A stretch of 64,000 nucleotides of DNA from a virus, in the IMG/VR virus record IMGVR_UViG_3300013006_000020, positions 57,998 through 121,997 of that record. One strand, written 5' to 3'. Below, piece by piece: positions 29,195-39,280 of the stretch (the stretch's first letter is position 1; every line of letters starts with the position of its first letter). The translations under genes and the position numbers were made by a program. The notes below the pieces were generated by a model, which had not been told where the DNA came from, searched no databases, and saw only the letters and a program-made list of their open reading frames with translations.

Positions 29195-29872
29195 TCATAA
29201 TTTATCTAGTAGAAGCTTTGGAATTGCCGCCGATGGAGTTCCTACAAGCTTATATCCCATGTCAAATATGGTAAATATATTCCCTATTTTATTAGGGACA
29301 GAACCAAAGTATTCGTAGTTTTCAAAACCAGACACCTTACATATTTTGGATGCCTGCTTTATCTCTTTGAGGTCTTTTGGATTAGAAAGAAAACCAGAAA
29401 AAACAAGCCGTATATCTTCATACGGAGCAATTACACTAAGAAGCTTAGACAGTTGCTCGTCGGATTTAAGCCAAGAAAACTCCACCGCAACTCTCTTTTC
29501 AACCGCAGATAAATCAGATAGCTCAAGCAAAAACTCCCTTATTTTTTCGTAATTACAAGACTCAACATCATTTTTATCTAAACTAGTAATTACCCCCATA
29601 CACGAACTACCCCTAATAGAAAAGGTCTTAACAAGACAGTCTAGTACACTATCTTTGCTAAGACCCTGATACGGGTAGTTGATTGACGCTATAAGGTGGT
29701 TATTTTGTGGAAGTCCAGGCTCAAATAAATCTAAAGACGCAGTATCAACAACACAGCCATAAAAGCCATGTTCGTTGACAAATGCGTAATCATAAACAAT
29801 CTTATTGCCGTTCGACTTTAGCGACAGGCTTGTTATGATTATTTTCTCTAGTAGTTCCTGCCGTTTTGACAT
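29195..29872 (-). CDS. Degenerate DeoC-like aldolase fold protein
   Basis: Colinear by eye with DeoC (INYPYQG~IGFPLG; RVAVEFSWL~KVIIETCLL; VFSGF~KTSTGF; GYKLVGTPS~GATRIGTSS). Confidence 0.5.
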   Translation of the reverse strand: MSKRQELLEKIIITSLSLKSNGNKIVYDYAFVNEHGFYGCVVDTASLDLFEPGLPQNNHLIASINYPYQGLSKDSVLDCLVKTFSIRGSSCMGVITSLDKNDVESCNYEKIREFLLELSDLSAVEKRVAVEFSWLKSDEQLSKLLSVIAPYEDIRLVFSGFLSNPKDLKEIKQASKICKVSGFENYEYFGSVPNKIGNIFTIFDMGYKLVGTPSAAIPKLLLDKL

Positions 29873-30575
29873 TTTTTAACTGCTCCCAACAAACCGGAAA
29901 TAACGGCGCGATTATCTTACTTATTGCGTCGGCATATTCTCTAACTTCCCACTGCGCGTGCTGGTCAGATCTTTGTAGATATACACGTGAGTAAGCCGCC
30001 AAAGAACCTGTCCACCACCATTCCGTGTAAGTTCCTTGGGGAAGCACTGATCTTGCTTGCTCTGGAGCAACACCATGAGCTAATAGTTCTTCATAACTCC
30101 ACATAGATTCCTCGACTGCCATTTGGTAGTGACGATTAATAGTATCAAGATCCTCATTAAATTCAAGAAAATCTTCTGACCCTTGCTTTGCCCCATTGAC
30201 TGGAGCACCACGCCAACGCGGCTGATATACCTGTGGCGTATCTGAAACATAACGACGACTTACTTCATTTTCAGTAAAACCAACCTTGTGCTTAAAAAGC
30301 TGTGTGCGTACAAAGATTGGAGCTTTAATTCGCAGAGTAATCTGAGGATGCGAAAATGGTGTCCAGTGCTTGTGTTCAGCAAGATATTTAATTAGATTCT
30401 TGTCTTTTTGTGAAAGTGTTTTAACTGGGCTTTCATCACTTTCCCCGAATGGATAGTCCATCGCCCAATCACTCTCTTTGTTAAAAGACACTCGAGCTGA
30501 ATTTACAACCGTTAAATCACTACCCATATGCTCAACAAGCTGAACATGTCCGTGGTCAAGAATCTTTATCTTCAT
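29802..30575 (-). CDS. thyX: FAD-dependent thymidylate synthase
   Basis: VNSARVS, HWTPF, RTQLFKHK..NEVSRRY, EQARSVLPQ, HAQWEVR. Confidence 0.93.
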   Translation of the reverse strand: MKIKILDHGHVQLVEHMGSDLTVVNSARVSFNKESDWAMDYPFGESDESPVKTLSQKDKNLIKYLAEHKHWTPFSHPQITLRIKAPIFVRTQLFKHKVGFTENEVSRRYVSDTPQVYQPRWRGAPVNGAKQGSEDFLEFNEDLDTINRHYQMAVEESMWSYEELLAHGVAPEQARSVLPQGTYTEWWWTGSLAAYSRVYLQRSDQHAQWEVREYADAISKIIAPLFPVCWEQLKNVKTAGTTRENNHNKPVAKVERQ

Positions 30576-30999
30576 TTTCTTTCGCTTTCTCGCTTATATG
30601 ATCTCTATATGCTTTATTAAACTGCTGTTTTATTTGAGTTTCATCAAACTGCTCTGCTATTGTCACGAACATTCGATAGGGTGATTTTACTAATATTTTC
30701 TCTACACCATCTATGGAACCAAGTGAATCAGCCATATCATAAGTGATGGGAAAATTTACAAACACCATAAAGTCATTACTTTTTCTAAAAGCACATTGCG
30801 GACTAAAAAGAGGCAGGAGGTCTCCATTTACTTCTATTGTCTTTGGAAACGGAGAATCCTCATCAGCGGAATCAAATATTCTCTTAGAATTTGGATCGTG
30901 ACATCTGCTCATTTCACCAGTTGGTTCATTACAGATAGGACATAATTTTTTTTCCCAGCGAATCTCTGGCTTTTTTGTCCAGTCAACTTTCTTTTTCAT
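30556..30999 (-). CDS. Hypothetical protein
   Basis: ORF overlapping thyX start. Confidence 0.5.
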   Translation of the reverse strand: MKKKVDWTKKPEIRWEKKLCPICNEPTGEMSRCHDPNSKRIFDSADEDSPFPKTIEVNGDLLPLFSPQCAFRKSNDFMVFVNFPITYDMADSLGSIDGVEKILVKSPYRMFVTIAEQFDETQIKQQFNKAYRDHISEKAKENEDKDS

Positions 31000-31327
31000 T
31001 TTGTTTCTTGTATATTGTGGCGCACAAGCTTGGTAAAAACAACAAAACTTTTCTCTTTTACCATATCAATTATTATTTTTTGTATGTCTCTTTAAAGTAA
31101 ATTAAGACTTCTGCAATCCCAAGAGCAATGAAGGGTAGTAAGGTGGCACAAGCAAACCACCAAAATGGTACGGTTTGTTCTACCATTAGACTTCACATCC
31201 TGTTTTTCTTCTCTTTGTGATAAATTGTTTTATCATTCCTTCAATGCCACCAAATAGCATAAAAGGAATTATAATCATAAAACAAATAGTGAGTACAGAC
31301 ACTCTTTTAAATTCTTCAATAAAAAGA

Positions 31328-32086
31328 TCAATGGATCGCATAGGTGTCCAGTTTTAAAGATCCATCTGAGTCTTCGTAAAGAAATGTGCAGTTGTCTTTC
31401 TCTGTCCAGCAGCCGCAGTTAGCATATGTAATATTATTTACAGTATACAACCTTGGTTCGTGCAAATGCCCACAGATAACTCCATCATATTTCTTTTCCT
31501 TGGCGTATTTAATAACAACGCTTTCAAAGCTTTCGATGAACTGGGCCGCTCTCTTTACTTTGATCTTCACATACTTGGAGACAGACCAGTATCGCATTCC
31601 CATCATTCTTCTGCACCAGTTGAACCAATCATTAATTTCCAATATCAACTCGTATCCATAGTCACCGAGTTTATAAATATAAGAGCTGACTGGAAACTTT
31701 GTGAGGAAATCAAATTGGTGTCCGTGAAGAACAAGAAACTTCTTTCCTGAAGAAGTAGTATATTCTTCTCGTTCACTCAAACTGACATTACCAAAGATAT
31801 GATGACCTGAAAACTTTGCCATGAACTCATCATGATTTCCATAGATGTAATGAATCTTTGTACCCTTACGAGAAAGTTTCAACAATCTTTCGATCACTTC
31901 CATATGATGATTTTGTTTCTCAGAATTCATGGAGAAGGCTTGCTTAAACCTCCAAATATCAATAATATCTCCAACCAAAAAGATATTATCAAATTCATTG
32001 TTCTTGAGAAACGCAATTAAAGGTTTTGTTTTAGCTTTTTTAGAAGCTAAATGGAAGTCTGAAAGAAAGACGGTTTTGTAATGCAT
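31328..32086 (-). CDS. Metallophosphoesterase, LpxH/UDP-2,3-diacylglucosamine hydrolase-like
   Basis: SDFH, GDIID, GNHD, HG.QFD, CGHLH, N.GCW. Confidence 0.8.
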   Translation of the reverse strand: MHYKTVFLSDFHLASKKAKTKPLIAFLKNNEFDNIFLVGDIIDIWRFKQAFSMNSEKQNHHMEVIERLLKLSRKGTKIHYIYGNHDEFMAKFSGHHIFGNVSLSEREEYTTSSGKKFLVLHGHQFDFLTKFPVSSYIYKLGDYGYELILEINDWFNWCRRMMGMRYWSVSKYVKIKVKRAAQFIESFESVVIKYAKEKKYDGVICGHLHEPRLYTVNNITYANCGCWTEKDNCTFLYEDSDGSLKLDTYAIH

Positions 32087-32296
32087 TATATTATTTATTT
32101 GTCTTTTCGGAACCTGTTCATAAATTCACATTTACAATGCTGGAACTCAACTTCATCGGTATGAATGAGAAGCCCATCCCAATCATCGCACCAATGCCAT
32201 CCATCGGCTAGTTCCTGTGCTGTCAGTATGAAGCTCTCATCGCCATCAAATGGCTGCATAAGATAGTCCCAACGCTCTTGGGTCATTTTGTGTTTA

Positions 32297-32728
32297 TTAG
32301 TCATCGGTGCGATCCTTATAACAGTCCCACTTTCGTAGGTCGGCATAACGATATGCGGAGATAGTGTTGTCAAAGTTAAATGTCTTGAGATCGCATACTT
32401 CTCGTCTCGCATCGTCGCGCTCAGATCTCAATTCAATTATCTGCGCCAACAATTCATCATGTGCTGTGAAATAAGTTTCGCGTTCTTCCTGCAATTTCTT
32501 GTTCATTAAGCCAACAGGTTCGCAGGCATTACAACAGCCCTCAAAGCCCTCTTTGATTTCGTTAAGTTCATAGGCAAGATGCACAATATCCTCACGGAGT
32601 GTTTTAATCATTTGCAATAGAACATCAGTCGGAGGAACTGTATCACCGTGATCATTGTCGCCTACGAAGTTAACAGCCATTAGAGTTCTTTCTTGGATAA
32701 ACAAGTACATATAAAAAAATTCCAACAC
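32297..32728 (-). CDS. Coiled-coil protein with ERDxARR...WDC motif
   Basis: ERDDARREVC...KWDCYK. Confidence 0.55.
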   Translation of the reverse strand: MLEFFYMYLFIQERTLMAVNFVGDNDHGDTVPPTDVLLQMIKTLREDIVHLAYELNEIKEGFEGCCNACEPVGLMNKKLQEERETYFTAHDELLAQIIELRSERDDARREVCDLKTFNFDNTISAYRYADLRKWDCYKDRTDD

Positions 32729-33705
32729 AAATTGATACTACAACTAGTGTTATGACGAGATTGATATGGTAGTTTTCCATGAGAGGGTTACTTTCCAAAG
32801 GTAATAGTGATCTTTTCTGCTATCTGAATACACAACATAAGCATCATAAATGCTGTCCCGAGAAACATAGTGGTGACGGCGACATTCATGATGAGTGCTA
32901 GCACACCTTGTTCTGGAAAGAGGCTCAAAGTTTTAGTGGAAGTCTTGGTTTTCTTTTTCTTAGTAGTCATTGGTTTTTCTTATCGGTTTTATTGAAATAT
33001 TCGCACTTCTCTCGCACTTCTGTCGCACTTTTATTCAAATGAAGAAGCAGATCAGTAGTACTCATTGGATAATGTTTAGTTACTCTTCGCGCCCGTTCTC
33101 TAATATAAATTGGAACTTTAGGCGTGGCCTTGGAGTTCATTAAATCATACAAGAAAACTCTTGCTGATTCAATCGCTCGTATCATTTCTTCGTTCGTTGT
33201 CATTATTTAAAAATACAGTTTGTATTACTGTGTCTGACGGATCATTACGAGACTCAATTAACGTTGATGATTTTTCAAGAACACCCTTTACCATTGCTTG
33301 TGTCTTTTCAAGACCAATTATTGGAGCAAGTGCATCGGCGGCATCAAGAAAACAGTCCTTTGAAATTTGAGAACAGTATAATATTCTATACGCCAAATCA
33401 TCGGTGATCTCTGATTCATCATCATATTCTATCTCTGTTGAGTAATCATCGCCATCAATTTCGAAGTGAACCGATATCATCAATTGTCCTTTCCTCAAGA
33501 GCAATACAATGAACTATTACACTTTCCTTGTAGTTGATGTCTGCCCATTGATGAGTTGGTTTTACGCTGTAGCTCTTGCCGATTTCTGGAGAGAACTTAT
33601 TGAATCGGCAATACAGCTCATGATGTCCATTGTTGTATTTTGCTGGCTGGTCTACTGAAAAGATTTGAGGGTTTTCTGTTTCGCGCTTTACTTTAACAAT
33701 CATTA

Positions 33706-34407
33706 TTATTCTCCAAAGATTTTAGATGTATTGAGTGCAGAATACTTGTACGGCTTGCTCAGCTTTTCGCTCCAGAACGATGGAAGACCCATCTTTACTT
33801 TCTGTGGACGATCAAGTTGATTCGGACAATACAATATAGCCTCTTCTTGTGCAAGCTTGAAGGTCGATGGCATGATGTTGTGATTTTTATGTGCAATAAT
33901 TTTCTTGATAATGCTGCCCTGCTTTACCATGTTGAAATCTAGGTTCTTTATGAGCCATGTATCAACATATGACTCCATTCCTTTATTGATCCAACGGGTA
34001 TCGCTAGTTGAAAATACAAGAGTAATGTCACGTTGTCTAGCCAGGGAACACATCATCAACAGCGCATCATTGTTTCGTCTTTCATACTTGGGGAATACGA
34101 GTTGTGGTTCGTCAACCCAAATAACACAGTCCGAAACATCCTCAAAAGAAATGGATGGTATATTTTGCACACCACTTCCTTCTAACGCCTCTGGAAACGG
34201 GTGATCAACAATATAAGTCTTTCTGTCCTTTACAGCAGATAAAATATTAAAACAAGCAGCGGTTTTTCCGCTGCCTGTATTTCCAACGACCGATACGACT
34301 TTAGTTTTATCCCAGTTGAAGCTCATGTCACATTGTAGCTTGTGGAATTGCGGACTTAAATCGAACGCCACCATTCTTGCCACGCTTGAATTCAATCTTA
34401 TCGCCAT
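33706..34407 (-). CDS. P-loop ATPase
   Basis: GNTGSGKT Walker A, IWVDE Walker B, ARQR. Confidence 0.75.
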   Translation of the reverse strand: MAIRLNSSVARMVAFDLSPQFHKLQCDMSFNWDKTKVVSVVGNTGSGKTAACFNILSAVKDRKTYIVDHPFPEALEGSGVQNIPSISFEDVSDCVIWVDEPQLVFPKYERRNNDALLMMCSLARQRDITLVFSTSDTRWINKGMESYVDTWLIKNLDFNMVKQGSIIKKIIAHKNHNIMPSTFKLAQEEAILYCPNQLDRPQKVKMGLPSFWSEKLSKPYKYSALNTSKIFGE

Positions 34408-34793
34408 ACTTTGCGATAATCATATCACGCATGTCATTGGGGTAAATATTGTAAGTTTGTGCAAGTGCTACTAGCTTTGCTGTACCACTGCTAACCATAC
34501 CTTCAAATTCACTCCAATTGATTTGAACTACTGACGGATCGTTCTTTGATATTCTCTTCTTCATCTTATTCTCCTTTGTGTTTTTAGGGGCTTCAATCCA
34601 AGCAATGTCGCGTAAACATTTTACGCATATAGGGCTTACATACTTTCCATACGAAAAAGGTAAATGATCCAACTTCTGATAGCAGTGCCTGCATAAACAA
34701 CCCTCAGGCTTTCCTTCATTGTTGGTGGTGACGAGTACCATACTCCCATCACCTTGATTCATATCAGTATAGCTAAATTGTTTCGCTATCTTT

Positions 34794-35312
34794 TTATTTT
34801 CGGTTTTTCTTTGCTCGAATTCTTCCAAGATCTGGTCCAACGAACGGAATATCCATTTTGACTCGGTACTTTGAATAATTGTCATTTAGTGAAATCTCGC
34901 TTGATATATGACGGATGGATTCCCACGGAAGTAAATACCACGTGTCTGTGATCGGGTTGTATGCCGCCAAGAAATTAAAATCGCCTTCTTCATAAGGAAC
35001 CTTTTTATTCCTGCCGGCTTTTTTGCGAATGTCACATCGGAATGATTCTTTGTTTTTGTCATAGTAACATTGTTTTACTTGAATTGTTACAAACTCATCA
35101 CGTAGAATACCACGAACCACAAAATCATAATGAAGTTCTTCTAGCAGAGGACGGGCACATTCCCATCCATTTAAATGACAAACAGATGGGAACAACATCT
35201 GCGCGTACATTCCGCTATTAAACTTTAGCTTTTTGCCTTGCGCTTTTGCTTTTGTGGTTTTTGATCGTTGTTGACTTCGTCGAGCAGAAGAAATATTAGT
35301 GCTGTTCGCCAT
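34794..35312 (-). CDS. PD-(D/E)XK endonuclease (PDDEXK_5-like)
   Basis: YDFVV...IQVK...Y...DFNFLAAY...WYLLP. Confidence 0.7.
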   Translation of the reverse strand: MANSTNISSARRSQQRSKTTKAKAQGKKLKFNSGMYAQMLFPSVCHLNGWECARPLLEELHYDFVVRGILRDEFVTIQVKQCYYDKNKESFRCDIRKKAGRNKKVPYEEGDFNFLAAYNPITDTWYLLPWESIRHISSEISLNDNYSKYRVKMDIPFVGPDLGRIRAKKNRK

Positions 35313-35691
35313 TTATATCCTGGTTTATTGGCACGATAGGTGCCGTTCTTATATTGTAGCGCAGTCCACTCAAGAATGAACTCAATATCCTTTGCTTTTT
35401 CCTGGGAGATTCCGGTTTGTTGAGAAATTACAAAAGCTTCTACGGCAAGCATTGCTGCTGAAACCGTGATTTGTTTTTCCCATTCCTTGTCGTACATCAC
35501 AATCGATTCAAGAACTGTATAGATAAAGGAGAAGCTCTTCTTCAGCTCTTTTGCAATGATGCTGTATTCTCTTTCTGCAGCATTCATCGTTTGGTGATTG
35601 CCAATCGTGGACTGCATATGAAGCGCTAGGTTAGTGGTGATGTGAACAAAAAGAATTTCAGTTGGAACTGATTTGTCGGACTTTTCAATCA

Positions 35692-36099
35692 TTATTGCTC
35701 TCGCACATCCTGCTTAAGTTTCTTTGAAACCTCTTTACCTTTTTCCGTGAGGTTTACTACGGTAGCTCCGTCTTCTTTACGAACGACTGAGGCAAGACCC
35801 GCTCTTTCGAGGTCGTGTATCTTGCTTTCAATAAGTATTGCAATTGCCAGCTCACTATCTATTTCTGACAATACTGTATCTAAATTATTTTTTATGAACT
35901 TATCTATGGCTGAAACCATAGGTGAAACACCAGAAAGATATCTCCAAACTACAGTATAGTAAGCCGCCTTGGCTGAAACCTGTTCTGGAGTAAGCTCACT
36001 TTCTTGTGTCTCAATTTGGGTACAAACAAGACTATATGCAGACATTATATTTTTATAGTCTGCAAATAAAATCTTTTTTGCGTCATTGTACCTTTTCAT
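35692..36099 (-). CDS. Hypothetical protein with winged-helix-like C-terminus
   Basis: LERAGL...VNLTEKG; preceded by GTGTATTAAT motif (36105..36114). Confidence 0.45.
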   Translation of the reverse strand: MKRYNDAKKILFADYKNIMSAYSLVCTQIETQESELTPEQVSAKAAYYTVVWRYLSGVSPMVSAIDKFIKNNLDTVLSEIDSELAIAILIESKIHDLERAGLASVVRKEDGATVVNLTEKGKEVSKKLKQDVREQ

Positions 36100-36653
36100 T
36101 AATTATTAATACACCTTTTGCCGTCTTCACAAGCTCTAGAAATGACCTGATATATCTTCTGTTTACTGCAATTAATCTTCCTGGCAATAGCATCAATGGT
36201 CATGTCATCTACAAATCGCATCTTCATAATCTGAGCGTGTTCTGGTTTAATCTTGCCAAGGATTTTCTCAATCTGCTCTACTGACTCATTGATTGATTTT
36301 TCCATATAAAAGTTCCTAGGTCGCTCTTCAAAAATCTTTGAGGCTACCCTATAAATTTTATTTTTCTTAGTAAGTAGATCCTTTACTACCCCACGACCGC
36401 GATTAAAGGCGTATGTAGAAAAGTCCGCCTTTTCTGGATCATATCGGAAACGATTTTCCCATAGATCAATATAAATTTCTTGAACCGCATCATCTCTTTC
36501 GGAAATGGGTAGTTTACCAATGAGCGGTCCACTTCTAGGAAATCTATTCTTAATATAGCAAATGATATAATCATTAGCCTGCGTATCGCTCATTTGTACA
36601 AACACAGGTCGTCTTTCAAGTGTCGCCATTGTTTTACTCCGTTTCTTTTTCAT
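36099..36653 (-). CDS. Sigma-70 family RNA polymerase sigma factor
   Basis: Region 2 DDAVQE...YDPEKADFSTYA; region 4 HTH MRF...MTIDAIA..INCSKQKIYQ. Confidence 0.8.
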   Translation of the reverse strand: MKKKRSKTMATLERRPVFVQMSDTQANDYIICYIKNRFPRSGPLIGKLPISERDDAVQEIYIDLWENRFRYDPEKADFSTYAFNRGRGVVKDLLTKKNKIYRVASKIFEERPRNFYMEKSINESVEQIEKILGKIKPEHAQIMKMRFVDDMTIDAIARKINCSKQKIYQVISRACEDGKRCINN

Positions 36654-36677
36654 CGCGCTCTATCTTTAATGGTCAAG

Positions 36678-36751
36678 CGTTCCCGGTTGGACTCGAACCA
36701 ACGACCTGCCGCTTAGAAGGCGGCTGCTCTATCCAGCTGAGCTACGGGAAC
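36678..36751 (-). tRNA. tRNA-Arg(UCU)
   Basis: Canonical cloverleaf; anticodon loop CTTCTAA; GTTCGA T-loop; no encoded CCA. Confidence 0.95.
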
Positions 36752-37103
36752 AGTGCTTTAGTATGATACTACACGACATCCATCAAAGATGCCACGCCAA
36801 AACTCTCGAATTTTCAAAAGTTCTTTTTTTGTGCACTGATATGAAACTGTACTGTATCCATAACTTGAAGAAACATTGAGGTGTTCAATATCAAAATTTT
36901 TGATTGCTGCACCGAATGTAATCATATCTTCTGGCGTATTTATCTTGACTTCAACTATAGCTGTCATAGTGATCCCTCTCTCATCTTATTAAAGATAAGG
37001 CAGAAAATAACTGCCTTGGACATAAAAAGTGTTACGTGAATAAGAATAGCAGCAGCCATTTCTGATGGCGTCCAGGTCTTTCCGTTTTGATCTGTGAATT
37101 CCA

Positions 37104-37670
37104 TTAGTTATTTTCCAGTCCCATCTTGTCCATTACTTGCATTAGTGAAATTGGCATATAGTTATTTACATCAACACCAACATCATATCTATTTTTAATT
37201 GTAGAAAATAGCTTACCGTGCGTGTGTCCGTGAAGATGAACCGATCCAAAATTCTGACTACTCCATGACTCAATCGGATAATGCATCAGAATTACTTTTG
37301 TGTGTCGTCTATTCTCAGGCATTGAAAGAAACAAATGCTTTCCTGAAATTTCTTGATATTCGTATATGCCCTTGAATGAAGTAGTTCGATTGTTAGCATA
37401 TGTAGCGGATGGGTCGTGATTGCCACACAAAAGATAAACATTCTTGCACTTAATGCGATCAAGAATTCTATTTACCTCAGTCTCCCATCTCTTTCCATTT
37501 GAGTGAAAACAAAAGTCACCAAGATGATAAAGATCATCACGCTCACTAACCATTGAGTTAATGTTATTTACAATAACTTCTTCCATTTGCTCCATTGAAG
37601 AAAATGGTCTATTGCAGTACTTAATAATGTTTGAGTGCCCAAAGTGTGTGTCAGATGTTAGCCAGATCAT
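37104..37670 (-). CDS. Calcineurin-like metallophosphoesterase
   Basis: SDTHFGH, LGD, GNHD, HYP, HGHTH, VGVD. Confidence 0.9.
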   Translation of the reverse strand: MIWLTSDTHFGHSNIIKYCNRPFSSMEQMEEVIVNNINSMVSERDDLYHLGDFCFHSNGKRWETEVNRILDRIKCKNVYLLCGNHDPSATYANNRTTSFKGIYEYQEISGKHLFLSMPENRRHTKVILMHYPIESWSSQNFGSVHLHGHTHGKLFSTIKNRYDVGVDVNNYMPISLMQVMDKMGLENN

Positions 37671-37985
37671 GTTAATTTAAATCAGTATGCTGTAGAAATA
37701 ACCGCAGCAGCAACAAGCAGCATTGGTATTATTACAAAGAAAATGGTAATTATTATAGCTGTATATGAAACTACTTCTTCAAAAATTTCAGCTTTTGTTT
37801 TTCTTCTTTGGGTAGTTTGGGTATCCCCAGTCCCGTGGTTCTGTAACTGCTTTTTCTTTGTCACAAAATCCACATATTCCTGTATGGTATGTTGATACTC
37901 GTATTGCTTTTTTGGCATTTATTTCTTTCGCGCAGTCATTGCAGATCCACGCGGGATAATTATCTTCGGTGAATTTTTTCATAAA

Positions 37986-38058
37986 TAGGGCCGGTGGGAT
38001 TCGAACCCACACTTTATTGATTTTGAGTCAATTGACTCTGCCGTTGGTCTACGGCCCC
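37986..38058 (-). tRNA. tRNA-Leu(CAA), short variable arm
   Basis: Cloverleaf; anticodon loop CTCAAAA; A73; GGTTCGAATCC. Confidence 0.88.
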
Positions 38059-38087
38059 AAGCTTCCCCAGTCGCATTGGGGTATCAT

Positions 38088-38744
38088 TTACATCATATAA
38101 TCGGCAATAATATCTAGCAATTCTTCTTTTGTGATTTCTTGTTCTGGCTTAAATAATCCATCATTTTTAATGATATTATGCATAATTGCCTCAAGACGCT
38201 TTTTAACAACAGGATATTTGTTCTTAAATGTTATTGCTACCCCACGATCACGTGTGTCTAGTCTATCTGAATGAACCCCAGAGTCTCCTTCAAAACAGCC
38301 CTCAATCAGCACTAGTTCTTTAGATGAAAAATATCGATTAAGCGGAGAGCTTTTTAGATTTTCAAAACAATCATAAACCTCTTCACCGTTATCAAACTCT
38401 ACACCATTAAATAGATTAACTGATGAAACAAAAATTGATCCTAGAGCGCAAACCCTACAGTTTTTTACCTTCTTGGTGTAGTCCTGTGCGGGAAATGGCA
38501 TTAAGCGACAAGTATCATCACTTTCAAGGTACCGCTCTACTCCATCAGAAACGATTTCTTCTAGTGATCCCATCTTTGGATCTTCCATCCACACGCCAAC
38601 CTGTGGAATAATCTTCCTGGTCTTGATCTGTGAAATAACATCCTTGGCAATAGCAACACGCATTTGATTCTTTGTTAGTGTCTTCTTCTTTGTCTTAGTC
38701 TTTGTTTTAGTAGCCATTTTTATCCTTATAGTGTCTTTGAGCAA
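38088..38744 (-). CDS. Hypothetical phage protein
   Basis: RVAIAKDV, CRVCALG, LIEGCFE motifs; long ORF. Confidence 0.55.
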   Translation of the reverse strand: MLKDTIRIKMATKTKTKTKKKTLTKNQMRVAIAKDVISQIKTRKIIPQVGVWMEDPKMGSLEEIVSDGVERYLESDDTCRLMPFPAQDYTKKVKNCRVCALGSIFVSSVNLFNGVEFDNGEEVYDCFENLKSSPLNRYFSSKELVLIEGCFEGDSGVHSDRLDTRDRGVAITFKNKYPVVKKRLEAIMHNIIKNDGLFKPEQEITKEELLDIIADYMM

Positions 38745-39280
38745 TAATCGTACATGGCAATTCCGCTTGCCGTGCCGACATTTAAACTTCTTACTGAACC
38801 GTACTGCTGAATATAGATTTTATCGTGGCAAATATCAAGAACTTCTTTTGGAATTCCAACTTGTTCTTGTCCAAATACCATCAGTACGTGTTCGTTTTTG
38901 GGCCAACAATAATCGTTGACTGAAAACGAATCTTTAACATTATCCACGCCAACAACTCTTAAGTATTTGTGGATCTTGTAGAGATTTTTAATTTCTTTCT
39001 TTAGATCGTCAATTTCTTTTACATGTTTGAAGTTTGTATAAATGTGGGTTCCAACTGTACCACGGCGATCATATCTCTTATTGCCGTATACAAGAACCTC
39101 TTTCGCAAGAAAGGCGTTGGAATTTCGCACTACTGTCGCAATATTAAAATCATTAAGTAGGTTACAACACAACACGCTAAAATTATTTCTGCGTGTATCA
39201 AGATCAGTCATTATTGCTTCATGCGTCCAATACCTGTAGTGGTCGATTATGTTGCGCGTTTCCGTTGTTTGTGTTTGCAT
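38726..39280 (-). CDS. SpoU/TrmH-family RNA methyltransferase
   Basis: N.ATVVR, VFGQE..G, I.QYGSVRSLNV. Confidence 0.9.
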   Translation of the reverse strand: MQTQTTETRNIIDHYRYWTHEAIMTDLDTRRNNFSVLCCNLLNDFNIATVVRNSNAFLAKEVLVYGNKRYDRRGTVGTHIYTNFKHVKEIDDLKKEIKNLYKIHKYLRVVGVDNVKDSFSVNDYCWPKNEHVLMVFGQEQVGIPKEVLDICHDKIYIQQYGSVRSLNVGTASGIAMYDYCSKTL

